Shown piece after piece: positions 28,467 to 36,897 of a stretch of 46,450 bases of DNA. The translations under genes were made by a program, and so were the position numbers. The notes under the pieces are model-generated. The model ran no database searches. It was given only the letters and a program-made list of their open reading frames with translations, and was not told the DNA's origin. Position 1 is the first letter of the stretch. The number at the start of each line of letters is the position of its first letter. The stretch comes from Paludibacteraceae bacterium (GTDB lineage Bacteria; Bacteroidota; Bacteroidia; Bacteroidales; Paludibacteraceae): positions 1 through 46,450 of the forward strand of contig JAKSNN010000001.1 of the NCBI GenBank assembly GCA_024399755.1. Reading direction: 5' to 3'.

Positions 28467-29966
28467 ATGACGCGCGTTTTCAATACAAGGATAGTCTTTC
28501 GCTCGCTGGGTGCTCTGCTACTCATCGAGGCGTTTTTTATGGGATTGACGACCTTGTTTGCTTGGTGGAAAAGTGATGCAGAAGATTGTGCGTTTTTGGT
28601 ATCTTCGTTATTAACTTTTTTGTGCGGTTTGGTGGGGCTGCTGGTAGGACGTAAGGCTTCTAACCATGTCGGCGAACGCGAAGGATACGTTATTGTGGCA
28701 TTAGTTTGGGTGGTGTTTTCCGCCTTCGGTATGTTGCCGTACTATTTGAGCGGCGCTATTCCGACCCTGACCGATGCGTGGTATGAAACGATGTCCGGCT
28801 TCACCACGACAGGCGCAACGATACTGAATAATGTGGAAGAATTGAGCCATAGTTTGCTATTGTGGCGCAGCCTGACACAATGGCTTGGCGGTCTGGGAAT
28901 CATCGTGCTTTGTATTGCTCTGCTGCCGATGTTCGGGTTAGGCGGTATGCAGCTATATGCGGCTGAGGTGACAGGTGTCAATTATGAGAAACTGTCGCCC
29001 CGTATCGCGGATACCGCCAAACGGTTGTGGCTGCTTTATATCTTCCTGACCATATCGGAGGCTGTGCTGTTGTGGGTTGCAGGAATGCAGCCTTTTGACT
29101 CGATTTGCCATGCGTTTACCACGGTGGCAACGGGCGGATTCTCAACGAAGAACCTGAGTATCATAGAATATGGACCTGCCATTCAGTATATCATTGCGGT
29201 GTATATGCTCTTGTCGGGAATCAACTTTGCGTTGCTCATCTATTGCATTATCGGCAAGCCGGAGCGACTGTATAACGATGAGGAAACACGTTGGTATGTG
29301 GGTGCCGTGGGTGTTTGTACCGTGTTGTTGGCCATCGGATTGTTTGTCCATTATGGTGTGATGGACGCCGATTGGAGTATGTATCATTGGAGTGACGGTT
29401 TGCGCAATGTGGAGCGTGCTTTCCGCAAGAGTTTCTTCATGGTGACGAGTGCTATGACTTCGACAGGTTTTGCGGCATCTGACTATATGGCTTGGCCTAA
29501 ACTGCTGTGGGTGGTGGTCTTCTTTATGATGTTTACGGGTGCCAGCAGCGGCAGTACGGCAGGAGGTATCAAGTGGGTGCGTTTGCTCATCTTTGCCAAA
29601 TCGGGCATAGCAGAGTTCAAACGCCGTATTCACCCGAATGCCGTCATTCCTATCAAACTCAATAACCGCGGTCTATCTCATGAGACAATCAGCAATATCA
29701 TGGCGTTTATGATGTGGTATATCCTCATTATCATGGTCACGGTACTGGTGTTCTGTGGCTGCGGTGTCAATTTTGATGAAGCCATCGGCGTTACTGTTTC
29801 TGCAATAGGCAACGTAGGAGTCAGCATCGGTCAGTATGGTCCGTTGGGTTCGTATGCGGAGTTCCCGATTGTGGCTAAATGGTGGATGACGTTTGTGATG
29901 TTGATTGGTCGTTTGGAGATATTTACGGTGCTGTTGCTCTTTACTCCGGCACTTTGGAAGAAATGA
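28467..29966 (+). CDS. trkH: Trk-type potassium transporter membrane subunit
   Basis: Polytopic, with MSGFTTTGAT and other selectivity-loop-like TGF/GG motifs. The ATG at 28467 is preferred over 28398, which overlaps trkA. Confidence 0.9.
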   Translation: MTRVFNTRIVFRSLGALLLIEAFFMGLTTLFAWWKSDAEDCAFLVSSLLTFLCGLVGLLVGRKASNHVGEREGYVIVALVWVVFSAFGMLPYYLSGAIPTLTDAWYETMSGFTTTGATILNNVEELSHSLLLWRSLTQWLGGLGIIVLCIALLPMFGLGGMQLYAAEVTGVNYEKLSPRIADTAKRLWLLYIFLTISEAVLLWVAGMQPFDSICHAFTTVATGGFSTKNLSIIEYGPAIQYIIAVYMLLSGINFALLIYCIIGKPERLYNDEETRWYVGAVGVCTVLLAIGLFVHYGVMDADWSMYHWSDGLRNVERAFRKSFFMVTSAMTSTGFAASDYMAWPKLLWVVVFFMMFTGASSGSTAGGIKWVRLLIFAKSGIAEFKRRIHPNAVIPIKLNNRGLSHETISNIMAFMMWYILIIMVTVLVFCGCGVNFDEAIGVTVSAIGNVGVSIGQYGPLGSYAEFPIVAKWWMTFVMLIGRLEIFTVLLLFTPALWKK

Positions 29967-31345
29967 GAATGACGCCGAAACATATCTTGCTTTTTCTTTG
30001 GTGTACGATAGCGGCTCTTGCGGGGTTGTGCTGTGTCTATCCTTCAAACGGAATTACCATCGGAGAGACAACGTTGCGTTGGACGACCTTGCGCAAAGTG
30101 CTTGAATTGCCTTCTCCCGATGATGTTGCCGATGCCGAAACTGCAATAGATTCCGTGGCGGAAGTGCCGTCACCGGCAACTGCTTTGCCGGATACGATTT
30201 CCCTTCCGGCAGAAGCCATTCCTGCGGATAAACCCTTATTACCTTTCTTTACGGCTTTGGAGCAGACATCTTCTGTTCCTGTGCGCGTGGTGCATTACGG
30301 CGATTCGCAGATTGAGGAGGACCGTATCTCAATGGTACTGCGTCAACATTTGCAGACGCTATATGGCGGAGGCGGAGTAGGTATAGTACCTGTACATCAG
30401 ACTATCCCTTCGCAGAATCTGCACCAGCAATTATACATAGACGGCAAGTTGCAGACCAATCAGCAGGGTCCGAAACGGCATTTGGTCTATGGATCGAAAT
30501 CATTCCGTTTGCATGAGAGTAATCTATATGGTCCGATGGGGCAGGTTGCGATTATGAATGATTCGTTAGTGAAGGGTAGTGAGCACTTGACGTTGCATCT
30601 TGAGGCAGAAGGAACGGCACAGCCTTGCCATACGTTCTCGTGTGTGCGTTTATGGGCTGACAGCACTATTTCGATGGCTAAAGACGGGGATAGCGTGCGT
30701 CATCAGAAGGTGTTACATTTCCCGGATTCTACTACTTCGTGTACTATCCAAATATCCGGCAGGGGCAACGTATATGGGCTTTCGCTCGAAACGCCTAAAG
30801 GTGTGATGGTGGATAATATCCCGATGCGTGGCTGTTTGGGTACGGTGTTTACCGAGATGAACGCTTCGCAGTTGACCTCTTATTTCCGAACCACGCATAC
30901 AGCCCTTATTATTATGCAGTTCGGCGGTAATGCTATACCGTTCAATACACAGGAATCTACGATTCGCGGCATCGTTTCGCTGCTGCGTAAGCAAGTGCAG
31001 TTTATGCGTTCCTGTGCTCCGGGAGTATCCATATTGTTTATTGGTCCTTCCGACATGCTGAAGAACGAAGACGGCGAACTCAAGACACATCCGCTTGTGC
31101 CTTATATGGACCGACTGTTGCAAAGAATGGCGGCAGACGAAGGTATCGCTTATTGGAGTCTGTATTCCGCAATGGGAGGTAATGGTTCGATGATTCGTTG
31201 GCAAGAGAAAGGTTTGGCGGGGCAGGACGGTGTTCACTTCACACGTCGCGGCGCAGAGAAAGCAGGTGAGATGTTGTGGCAATGGCTGATGCGGCAGAAA
31301 GATGAATATACGGCTGTGCCTGCGCCAAATGATAGTATCAATTGA
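29963..31345 (+). CDS. Membrane-anchored SGNH/GDSL hydrolase-type acyltransferase/esterase (PatB/AlgJ-like role suspected)
   Basis: N-terminal TM, an Ala/Pro-rich linker, then SGNH blocks VVHYGDSQIEED, MQFGGNAIPF and QDGVHFTRRG. The ATG overlaps the trkH stop (ATGA). Confidence 0.7.
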   Translation: MRMTPKHILLFLWCTIAALAGLCCVYPSNGITIGETTLRWTTLRKVLELPSPDDVADAETAIDSVAEVPSPATALPDTISLPAEAIPADKPLLPFFTALEQTSSVPVRVVHYGDSQIEEDRISMVLRQHLQTLYGGGGVGIVPVHQTIPSQNLHQQLYIDGKLQTNQQGPKRHLVYGSKSFRLHESNLYGPMGQVAIMNDSLVKGSEHLTLHLEAEGTAQPCHTFSCVRLWADSTISMAKDGDSVRHQKVLHFPDSTTSCTIQISGRGNVYGLSLETPKGVMVDNIPMRGCLGTVFTEMNASQLTSYFRTTHTALIIMQFGGNAIPFNTQESTIRGIVSLLRKQVQFMRSCAPGVSILFIGPSDMLKNEDGELKTHPLVPYMDRLLQRMAADEGIAYWSLYSAMGGNGSMIRWQEKGLAGQDGVHFTRRGAEKAGEMLWQWLMRQKDEYTAVPAPNDSIN

Positions 31346-31353
31346 TTGAGAGT

Positions 31354-33318
31354 ATGTCGTTTCTTCATCATATATTTGCCTTTGATAGTGCGAGCCCGCT
31401 TCTCTTTACGCAGTTCTATTTCTGGGCGTTCTTTGCTATCATATATGCTGTGTTTGCCCTGATATTGGAGGTAAATAACCGGCAAGGAGAGGCAGACGGG
31501 CGCAAACGCCTGCACTTACGCAACGTCTTTTTGATGTTTGTTAGTTGGTTCTTTTATTATAAAACCAGCGGCATATTTCTGCTTATTTTGGCGTTTGTAA
31601 CGTGTAGCGACTTCTTGATTGCCAAGCGAATAGCGCAACTGAAACAACCGAAAATCAATATCAAGAAACATCTGCGTCGGAATGTTACTTTGCCCACCGA
31701 TTATACAGCCTTGAAGCGTCGTCTATGGCTTGTGCTGAGTGTGGCGATTGATTTAGGTTTGTTAGCCTATTTTAAGTACGCTTATTTCTTCACGGATATG
31801 CTCAATGGCTTATTTGGAGCCGATTTCAGGGTATTTGATATCTTTGCGTATGTCGGCAACGGTTTTGCCGCTGACGGGCGATTTATGGTGGATACGATTG
31901 TGCTTCCCGTGGGTATATCGTTTTATATTTTCCAAGTCATTTCTTATACGGCAGATGTCTATCACGAGCGTATCCGGCCTGTTGATAATCTGTTAGATTT
32001 CGGCTTTTATGTATCTTTCTTCCCGCAGTTGGTAGCAGGACCTATCGTGCGGGCAAGTGAGTTCATTCCGCAACTTTATAAGCCTTTCCGTCTGACGAAA
32101 ATGCAGTTCGGCATTGCGCTATTTTGGATTCTCAACGGTTTGGCAAAGAAGATTATCTTGTCGGATTATCTGGCGGTTAATTTTATCGACCGTGTTTTCC
32201 AAAGTCCGATGCTTTTCTCCGGTTTTGAGAACCTATTTGCTCTGCTGACATATTCAATGCAGGTATATGCCGACTTTTCGGGTTATACGGATATCGCTAT
32301 CGGTGTGGCGCTATTGATGGGTTTTTATCTTCCGCAGAACTTCGATTCTCCGTATAAGTCGCAAAACCCGCAGGAGTTTTGGCGGCGTTGGCACATGTCG
32401 CTTTCGCGTTGGCTCAAAACGTACTTGTATATTCCTCTCGGTGGCAACCGGAACGCCACGTTTGGGACATATTTCTGGATAACTCTCATTGCTCTTGTGG
32501 CGCTTGTATTGACGGGAAGTTGGGTAGCGACAGCGGTTATTCTTATTGTGGCAGCGGTTGTGATTGTGGTTGCGTTGTTGCGCCCAAGTCATCGTCAGTT
32601 GCTCTATGCTAACCTTAACTCCTTCATCACGATGTTGTTAGGGGGCTTATGGCACGGAGCCAGTTGGAACTTTATGATTTGGGGCGGACTGAATGGTATC
32701 GGTATGATTCTCAATAAGTTCTGGCGAATTATGAATTGGCATGTGCGTTTTGCGATTATGACATTGTTGGCGCTTTCGTTTGCTATTGCGCATCATTTTG
32801 CACCTCTGCCGTTGATTAATCTTGCTTATGTGTGGTTTGCTATTTTGTGGGTAGGTACGGCGATTCGATACATTTGGAATCTATGTGTAGCCAACCGTTT
32901 TATCATACAAGTGCGAGTAGCAAAGGCGGTTAATGCGTTAGGTGTGGCATGGGCGGTGTTGCAGACGTTTGTATTTATTTCTTTCACGCGTTTATTCTTC
33001 CGTTCAGGTAGTAATCTCAACCCGGCAACGGCTAATCAAGAGGCTTGGCAAACCGCCAAACAGATGGTTGGACAGATTGGCGGTGCGTGGAATAGCAGTA
33101 TTATTCCGGATTTCTTGTGGGAATATCGTTCTGTCGTTGTGCTTTTCGTGGCGGGTATGATTATCCATTGGCTTCCTGCACGTTGGAAACGCTGGTATCG
33201 AATCAATTTTGCGATGCTTCCGCTATGGGTGATGTTGCTGATAGTAGTAGTGGCAGTTTTCGTCATTTATCAGTTTGTTACGGCTGATTTACAAGCCTTT
33301 ATCTATTTCCAATTCTGA
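31354..33318 (+). CDS. MBOAT-family membrane O-acyltransferase (AlgI/DltB/PatA-like)
   Basis: Polytopic, with the MBOAT signature FWRRWHMSLSRWLKTYLYIPLGGNR. A TTG at 31342 is an alternative start. It has about 150 extra C-terminal residues relative to typical AlgI. Confidence 0.85.
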   Translation: MSFLHHIFAFDSASPLLFTQFYFWAFFAIIYAVFALILEVNNRQGEADGRKRLHLRNVFLMFVSWFFYYKTSGIFLLILAFVTCSDFLIAKRIAQLKQPKINIKKHLRRNVTLPTDYTALKRRLWLVLSVAIDLGLLAYFKYAYFFTDMLNGLFGADFRVFDIFAYVGNGFAADGRFMVDTIVLPVGISFYIFQVISYTADVYHERIRPVDNLLDFGFYVSFFPQLVAGPIVRASEFIPQLYKPFRLTKMQFGIALFWILNGLAKKIILSDYLAVNFIDRVFQSPMLFSGFENLFALLTYSMQVYADFSGYTDIAIGVALLMGFYLPQNFDSPYKSQNPQEFWRRWHMSLSRWLKTYLYIPLGGNRNATFGTYFWITLIALVALVLTGSWVATAVILIVAAVVIVVALLRPSHRQLLYANLNSFITMLLGGLWHGASWNFMIWGGLNGIGMILNKFWRIMNWHVRFAIMTLLALSFAIAHHFAPLPLINLAYVWFAILWVGTAIRYIWNLCVANRFIIQVRVAKAVNALGVAWAVLQTFVFISFTRLFFRSGSNLNPATANQEAWQTAKQMVGQIGGAWNSSIIPDFLWEYRSVVVLFVAGMIIHWLPARWKRWYRINFAMLPLWVMLLIVVVAVFVIYQFVTADLQAFIYFQF

Positions 33319-33890
33319 TGAAGATTATAGGTATAACGGGAGGTATCGGTAGTGGCAAGTCGGTCATTTCTGCCGAATTGCGTAAGGCGGGTTATCCTGT
33401 CTATGATACGGATGCGGAGGCAAAACGTTTGATTGTATTTGCGCCTGAAGTCCGTGCTAAGGTAGAGCAGTTGTTAGGCAAAGACGTGTTTTCGGGTAAT
33501 ACGTATCTTACTGCACGTGTGGCGGAACGGGTGTTTGCCGATCGTGCTCTGCTGCATCAACTTAATGCGATTGTTCATCCTGCCGTCCGTTTGGATATTG
33601 AGCAGCAAGTCCAGCATGTTCAAAAGCCTTTTTTCTTTGTGGAGTCGGCTATTTTGTTTGAGAGCGGGTTTGATTCGTTGTGCGATTTCACAGTTTGTGT
33701 TACGGCGCCCGAAGAGGAGCGTATCCGCCGTGTCATAGCGCGTGACCACACCGATATAGATAGTGTGCGCGCACGCTTGCGTGCGCAAGCCGACCATGCC
33801 GACCAAGCCGACCTTGTCGTTTGTAACGATGGCAAAACGTCTCTTTCGGAGTTGGCAGGGCAAATAGTACGTACTTTTAATCACTCGTGA
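33318..33890 (+). CDS. coaE: Dephospho-CoA kinase
   Basis: 190 aa with P-loop GITGGIGSGKS. The start overlaps the MBOAT stop (TGATG). Confidence 0.9.
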   Translation: MKIIGITGGIGSGKSVISAELRKAGYPVYDTDAEAKRLIVFAPEVRAKVEQLLGKDVFSGNTYLTARVAERVFADRALLHQLNAIVHPAVRLDIEQQVQHVQKPFFFVESAILFESGFDSLCDFTVCVTAPEEERIRRVIARDHTDIDSVRARLRAQADHADQADLVVCNDGKTSLSELAGQIVRTFNHS

Positions 33891-34348
33891 TGATAAGGTT
33901 CGCCCCGTAGAATCGTCATGGCACGATAGATCTGTTCCACAAAGAGAAGTCGAATCATTTGGTGCGAGAAGGTCATTTGGCTAAGTGAAATCTTGCCATC
34001 GGCACGCTGATACACGCTTTCCGCAAAGCCGTATGGACCACCGATAACGAAAATTACGTCTCTGCCTGCGGTTTGGCGTTTCTGTAGCCAGTCGGCAAAT
34101 TCGATACTGCGCATTTCTTTGCCGTGTTCGTCCAGCAGGACGACATAGTTATTGCCTGCCTCATGCAGAATCAGTTCGCCTTCTGCCGTTTTTTGTTGGG
34201 CTTGACTAAGGTTTTTGGCGTTTTTCAGTTCAGGAATCACCTTCATTTCGAAGGGGATATAGTGCTTCAGCCTATCGCGATATTCGTCGATTAGGGCTTC
34301 CAAACGCTTGTCTGTGGTGCGACCTACTACTAATAATGTCAGTTTCAT
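33881..34348 (-). CDS. rlmH: 23S rRNA (pseudouridine1915-N3)-methyltransferase
   Basis: 155 aa SPOUT protein with RlmH-like length and ends (MKLTLLVVGRT...GEPYHHE). Confidence 0.9.
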   Translation of the reverse strand: MKLTLLVVGRTTDKRLEALIDEYRDRLKHYIPFEMKVIPELKNAKNLSQAQQKTAEGELILHEAGNNYVVLLDEHGKEMRSIEFADWLQKRQTAGRDVIFVIGGPYGFAESVYQRADGKISLSQMTFSHQMIRLLFVEQIYRAMTILRGEPYHHE

Positions 34349-34368
34349 GCTGCAAAATTACAAGAAAA

Positions 34369-34400
34369 TTTGCAAATTTGCAAATAAATGTGTACCTTTG
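34369..34400 (+). promoter_or_regulatory. Bacteroidota-type promoter for nadC
   Basis: TTTG (34369-34372), 20 nt, TACCTTTG (34393-34400). Confidence 0.6.
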
Positions 34401-34440
34401 TATCGTTTTTTGTGACATATTACATACCACTATATTCATT

Positions 34441-35316
34441 ATGGATTCAAAATCTTTGCAAAAACTGATTGCCGTTTGGTTTGACGAGGATATTCGTGAG
34501 GGTGATCATACTTCGTTGTGTTGTATTCCTGCTGATGCGATGGGTTGTCAGCAGTTGATTATCAAGGATACGGGTATCTTGGCTGGCGTAGAGGTGGCTA
34601 AGGAGATTATCCGCTATTTCGACCCTGAATGCCGGTTTGAGCAGTTGTTGGAGGACGGTGCTGCGGTCAAGCCGGGTGACATTGCTTTTCGCGTGTATGG
34701 TAAGCAACTCAGTTTGTTGCAGATTGAGCGCACGATGCTGAATATCATGCAGCGAATGTCGGGTGTGGCTACTACCGCCCACCGCTATCAAAGCCTGATT
34801 GCCGATACGGCTTGCCATGTGCTGGATACCCGTAAGACGACGCCCGGACTGCGTTATTTGGAGAAGGAAGCCGTCAAGATTGGCGGAGGAATGAACCACC
34901 GTATTGGGCTTTTCGATATGATTCTGCTGAAGGATAACCACGTGGACTTTGCAGGCGGTATAACGGCTGCGCTCACTCGTGCACGCGAGTATTGCAAGGC
35001 AAAGCAGAAAGACCTGCGCATTGAGATTGAGACGCGCAATGAGGACGAGATTCGCGAGGCGATAGCCACGGGCATTCCTAATCGTATCATGTTGGATAAT
35101 TTCACGCCGGAGCAGACCCGCCATGCAGTAGCGTTGATTCGTAGTCTTACTACTGCAAACCCTGCGGACGAACATTATATCGAGATTGAGTCGAGTGGAG
35201 GTATCACGAAGGACACGCTGCGCGACTATGCGTTGGCTGGTGTAGATTTTGTTTCCGTAGGGGCATTGACTCATTCCGTCAAGAGTCTGGATATGAGTTT
35301 CAAAGCCGTCAAATAG
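34441..35316 (+). CDS. nadC: Nicotinate-nucleotide pyrophosphorylase (carboxylating)
   Basis: Motifs EDIREGDHTS, LDTRKTTPGLR and DNHV. The ATG at 34441 is preferred because the ORF-track start at 34336 precedes the promoter. Confidence 0.9.
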   Translation: MDSKSLQKLIAVWFDEDIREGDHTSLCCIPADAMGCQQLIIKDTGILAGVEVAKEIIRYFDPECRFEQLLEDGAAVKPGDIAFRVYGKQLSLLQIERTMLNIMQRMSGVATTAHRYQSLIADTACHVLDTRKTTPGLRYLEKEAVKIGGGMNHRIGLFDMILLKDNHVDFAGGITAALTRAREYCKAKQKDLRIEIETRNEDEIREAIATGIPNRIMLDNFTPEQTRHAVALIRSLTTANPADEHYIEIESSGGITKDTLRDYALAGVDFVSVGALTHSVKSLDMSFKAVK

Positions 35317-35329
35317 CCTGCATACAATC

Positions 35330-36133
35330 ATGATGAAGCGTATTTTTCTATGGTTGTGTATTGCCGTCAGTCTTCCTGTAAGCGCTACGGACACGTTGCG
35401 CATATTGGCAATAGGTAATAGTTTTTCGCGTGACGCGATTGAGTATCATTTGTCGGATATTGCTAAGGCAGAGGGTGTGCATATCGTTTTAGGAAACTTG
35501 CACATTGGCGGCTGCACGTTGGAGCGCCATGCCCTGAATGCTCGTACCGACAGTGCGGCTTACGAGTATATCAAGATTGTGGACGGAGTGCTTACTAACA
35601 CGCCCAAGACGCGTATGAGTACGGCTTTGGCGGACGAGCCATGGGATTATGTTAGTTTCCAGCAAGCCAGCAATTTCAGCGGAATGTACGACACTTACGA
35701 GCCTTATTTCAAGGAACTGACAGGCATTGTTTTAGGTCGTCTTCCGAAAGCCAAACCGATGTGGCAAATGACGTGGGCGTATGCTCAAAATACCACGCAC
35801 GCCGCTTTCCCTTACTATGGCAGTAGCCAAGACAAGATGTATCAGGCGATATTGCGCACCTGCAAGACGCTGCATAAGCATTATCCGCGTTTCACGATTA
35901 TCCCGACGGGTATTGCCATACAGAATGCCCGCACTCGATTGGGTGATGTAATGAACCGCGACGGCTTTCATCTGAATTACGTATATGGCAGATATACAGC
36001 GGCTTGCACGTGGTGGCAGACCATTACGAAACGCGATATCCGTACCAACACGTATCGTCCAGATGGAATTACGGACGAGCAGTATGAGGCATGTCGTTGG
36101 GCGGCACGCCGGGCAGTCAAAAAGCAAAGATGA
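35330..36133 (+). CDS. Secreted SGNH-like protein (DUF4886-like)
   Basis: 267 aa with a signal peptide, an N-terminal block ILAIGNSFSRD and a late DGFHLN (D-x-x-H-like). Confidence 0.6.
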   Translation: MMKRIFLWLCIAVSLPVSATDTLRILAIGNSFSRDAIEYHLSDIAKAEGVHIVLGNLHIGGCTLERHALNARTDSAAYEYIKIVDGVLTNTPKTRMSTALADEPWDYVSFQQASNFSGMYDTYEPYFKELTGIVLGRLPKAKPMWQMTWAYAQNTTHAAFPYYGSSQDKMYQAILRTCKTLHKHYPRFTIIPTGIAIQNARTRLGDVMNRDGFHLNYVYGRYTAACTWWQTITKRDIRTNTYRPDGITDEQYEACRWAARRAVKKQR

Positions 36134-36864
36134 GTAATCCGATTATGAAGGCATTACCTACGATTGTCTGTTTGCTTCTGCTATTACCTTTGACGGCATG
36201 CCACAAGGGGGATAAATCGCAAGAGAACGGGGTCGAGAGTCATTCGACATTCGTTCGAGGGTCAAATGACTCTCATTCTGCCAAGAAAGAACCCCGTTTG
36301 GTATATTATCCGGGGCGAACCATCAGGTATTCCGATAAGTTCCGTGATAAGAACGACTTGCATCTCGCAGCAGCAGCCTCAATAGGGCTGAAGCATGGAC
36401 CCAAAGACCGTGCAGATGCCAAAAAGATGAAAAAAGACCTCCGCGAAATCAAGACGAATAAGAATTATGTGGTGGACGAACTGACGCATTCTGTGCCTTA
36501 TCTTGTGCCAAAGGCGGCTGCGGAATTAGATACGATTGGTGTGGGGTTCGCGGATATATTGAAGCGCAACGACTTGCCGCATTATCGTTTCCGTGTTACC
36601 AGTGTTTTGCGCACGCAGGACGATATCCGCCGTTTGCAGCGGAGTGGTAATGTCAATTCTGTCAGCAACTCTGCCCATTGTTATGGTACTACTTTCGACA
36701 TTGCCTACCTGCACTACGATAAGGTAACCGATACGTTAGATTCCGTGCCGGAAGACAATCTCAAACTCGTTTTGGGGCAGGTCTTGCTCAACGAGCAGCG
36801 CAAGGGGCGTATCTACGTGAAATACGAGTGGAAGCAATGCTGTTTCCACATCACGTGCCGCTAA
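36130..36864 (+). CDS. Lipoprotein with a LAS/M15 (VanY-like) metallopeptidase signature
   Basis: Lipobox LPLTAC. SAHCYGTTFDI fits SxHxxGxxxD of VanX/VanY-type enzymes, and there is a C-terminal EW....FH. The start overlaps the previous stop (ATGA). Confidence 0.5.
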   Translation: MSNPIMKALPTIVCLLLLLPLTACHKGDKSQENGVESHSTFVRGSNDSHSAKKEPRLVYYPGRTIRYSDKFRDKNDLHLAAAASIGLKHGPKDRADAKKMKKDLREIKTNKNYVVDELTHSVPYLVPKAAAELDTIGVGFADILKRNDLPHYRFRVTSVLRTQDDIRRLQRSGNVNSVSNSAHCYGTTFDIAYLHYDKVTDTLDSVPEDNLKLVLGQVLLNEQRKGRIYVKYEWKQCCFHITCR

Positions 36865-36897
36865 ATAGCGTCTAACGGGTAGTTAATAGAAGTCTCT

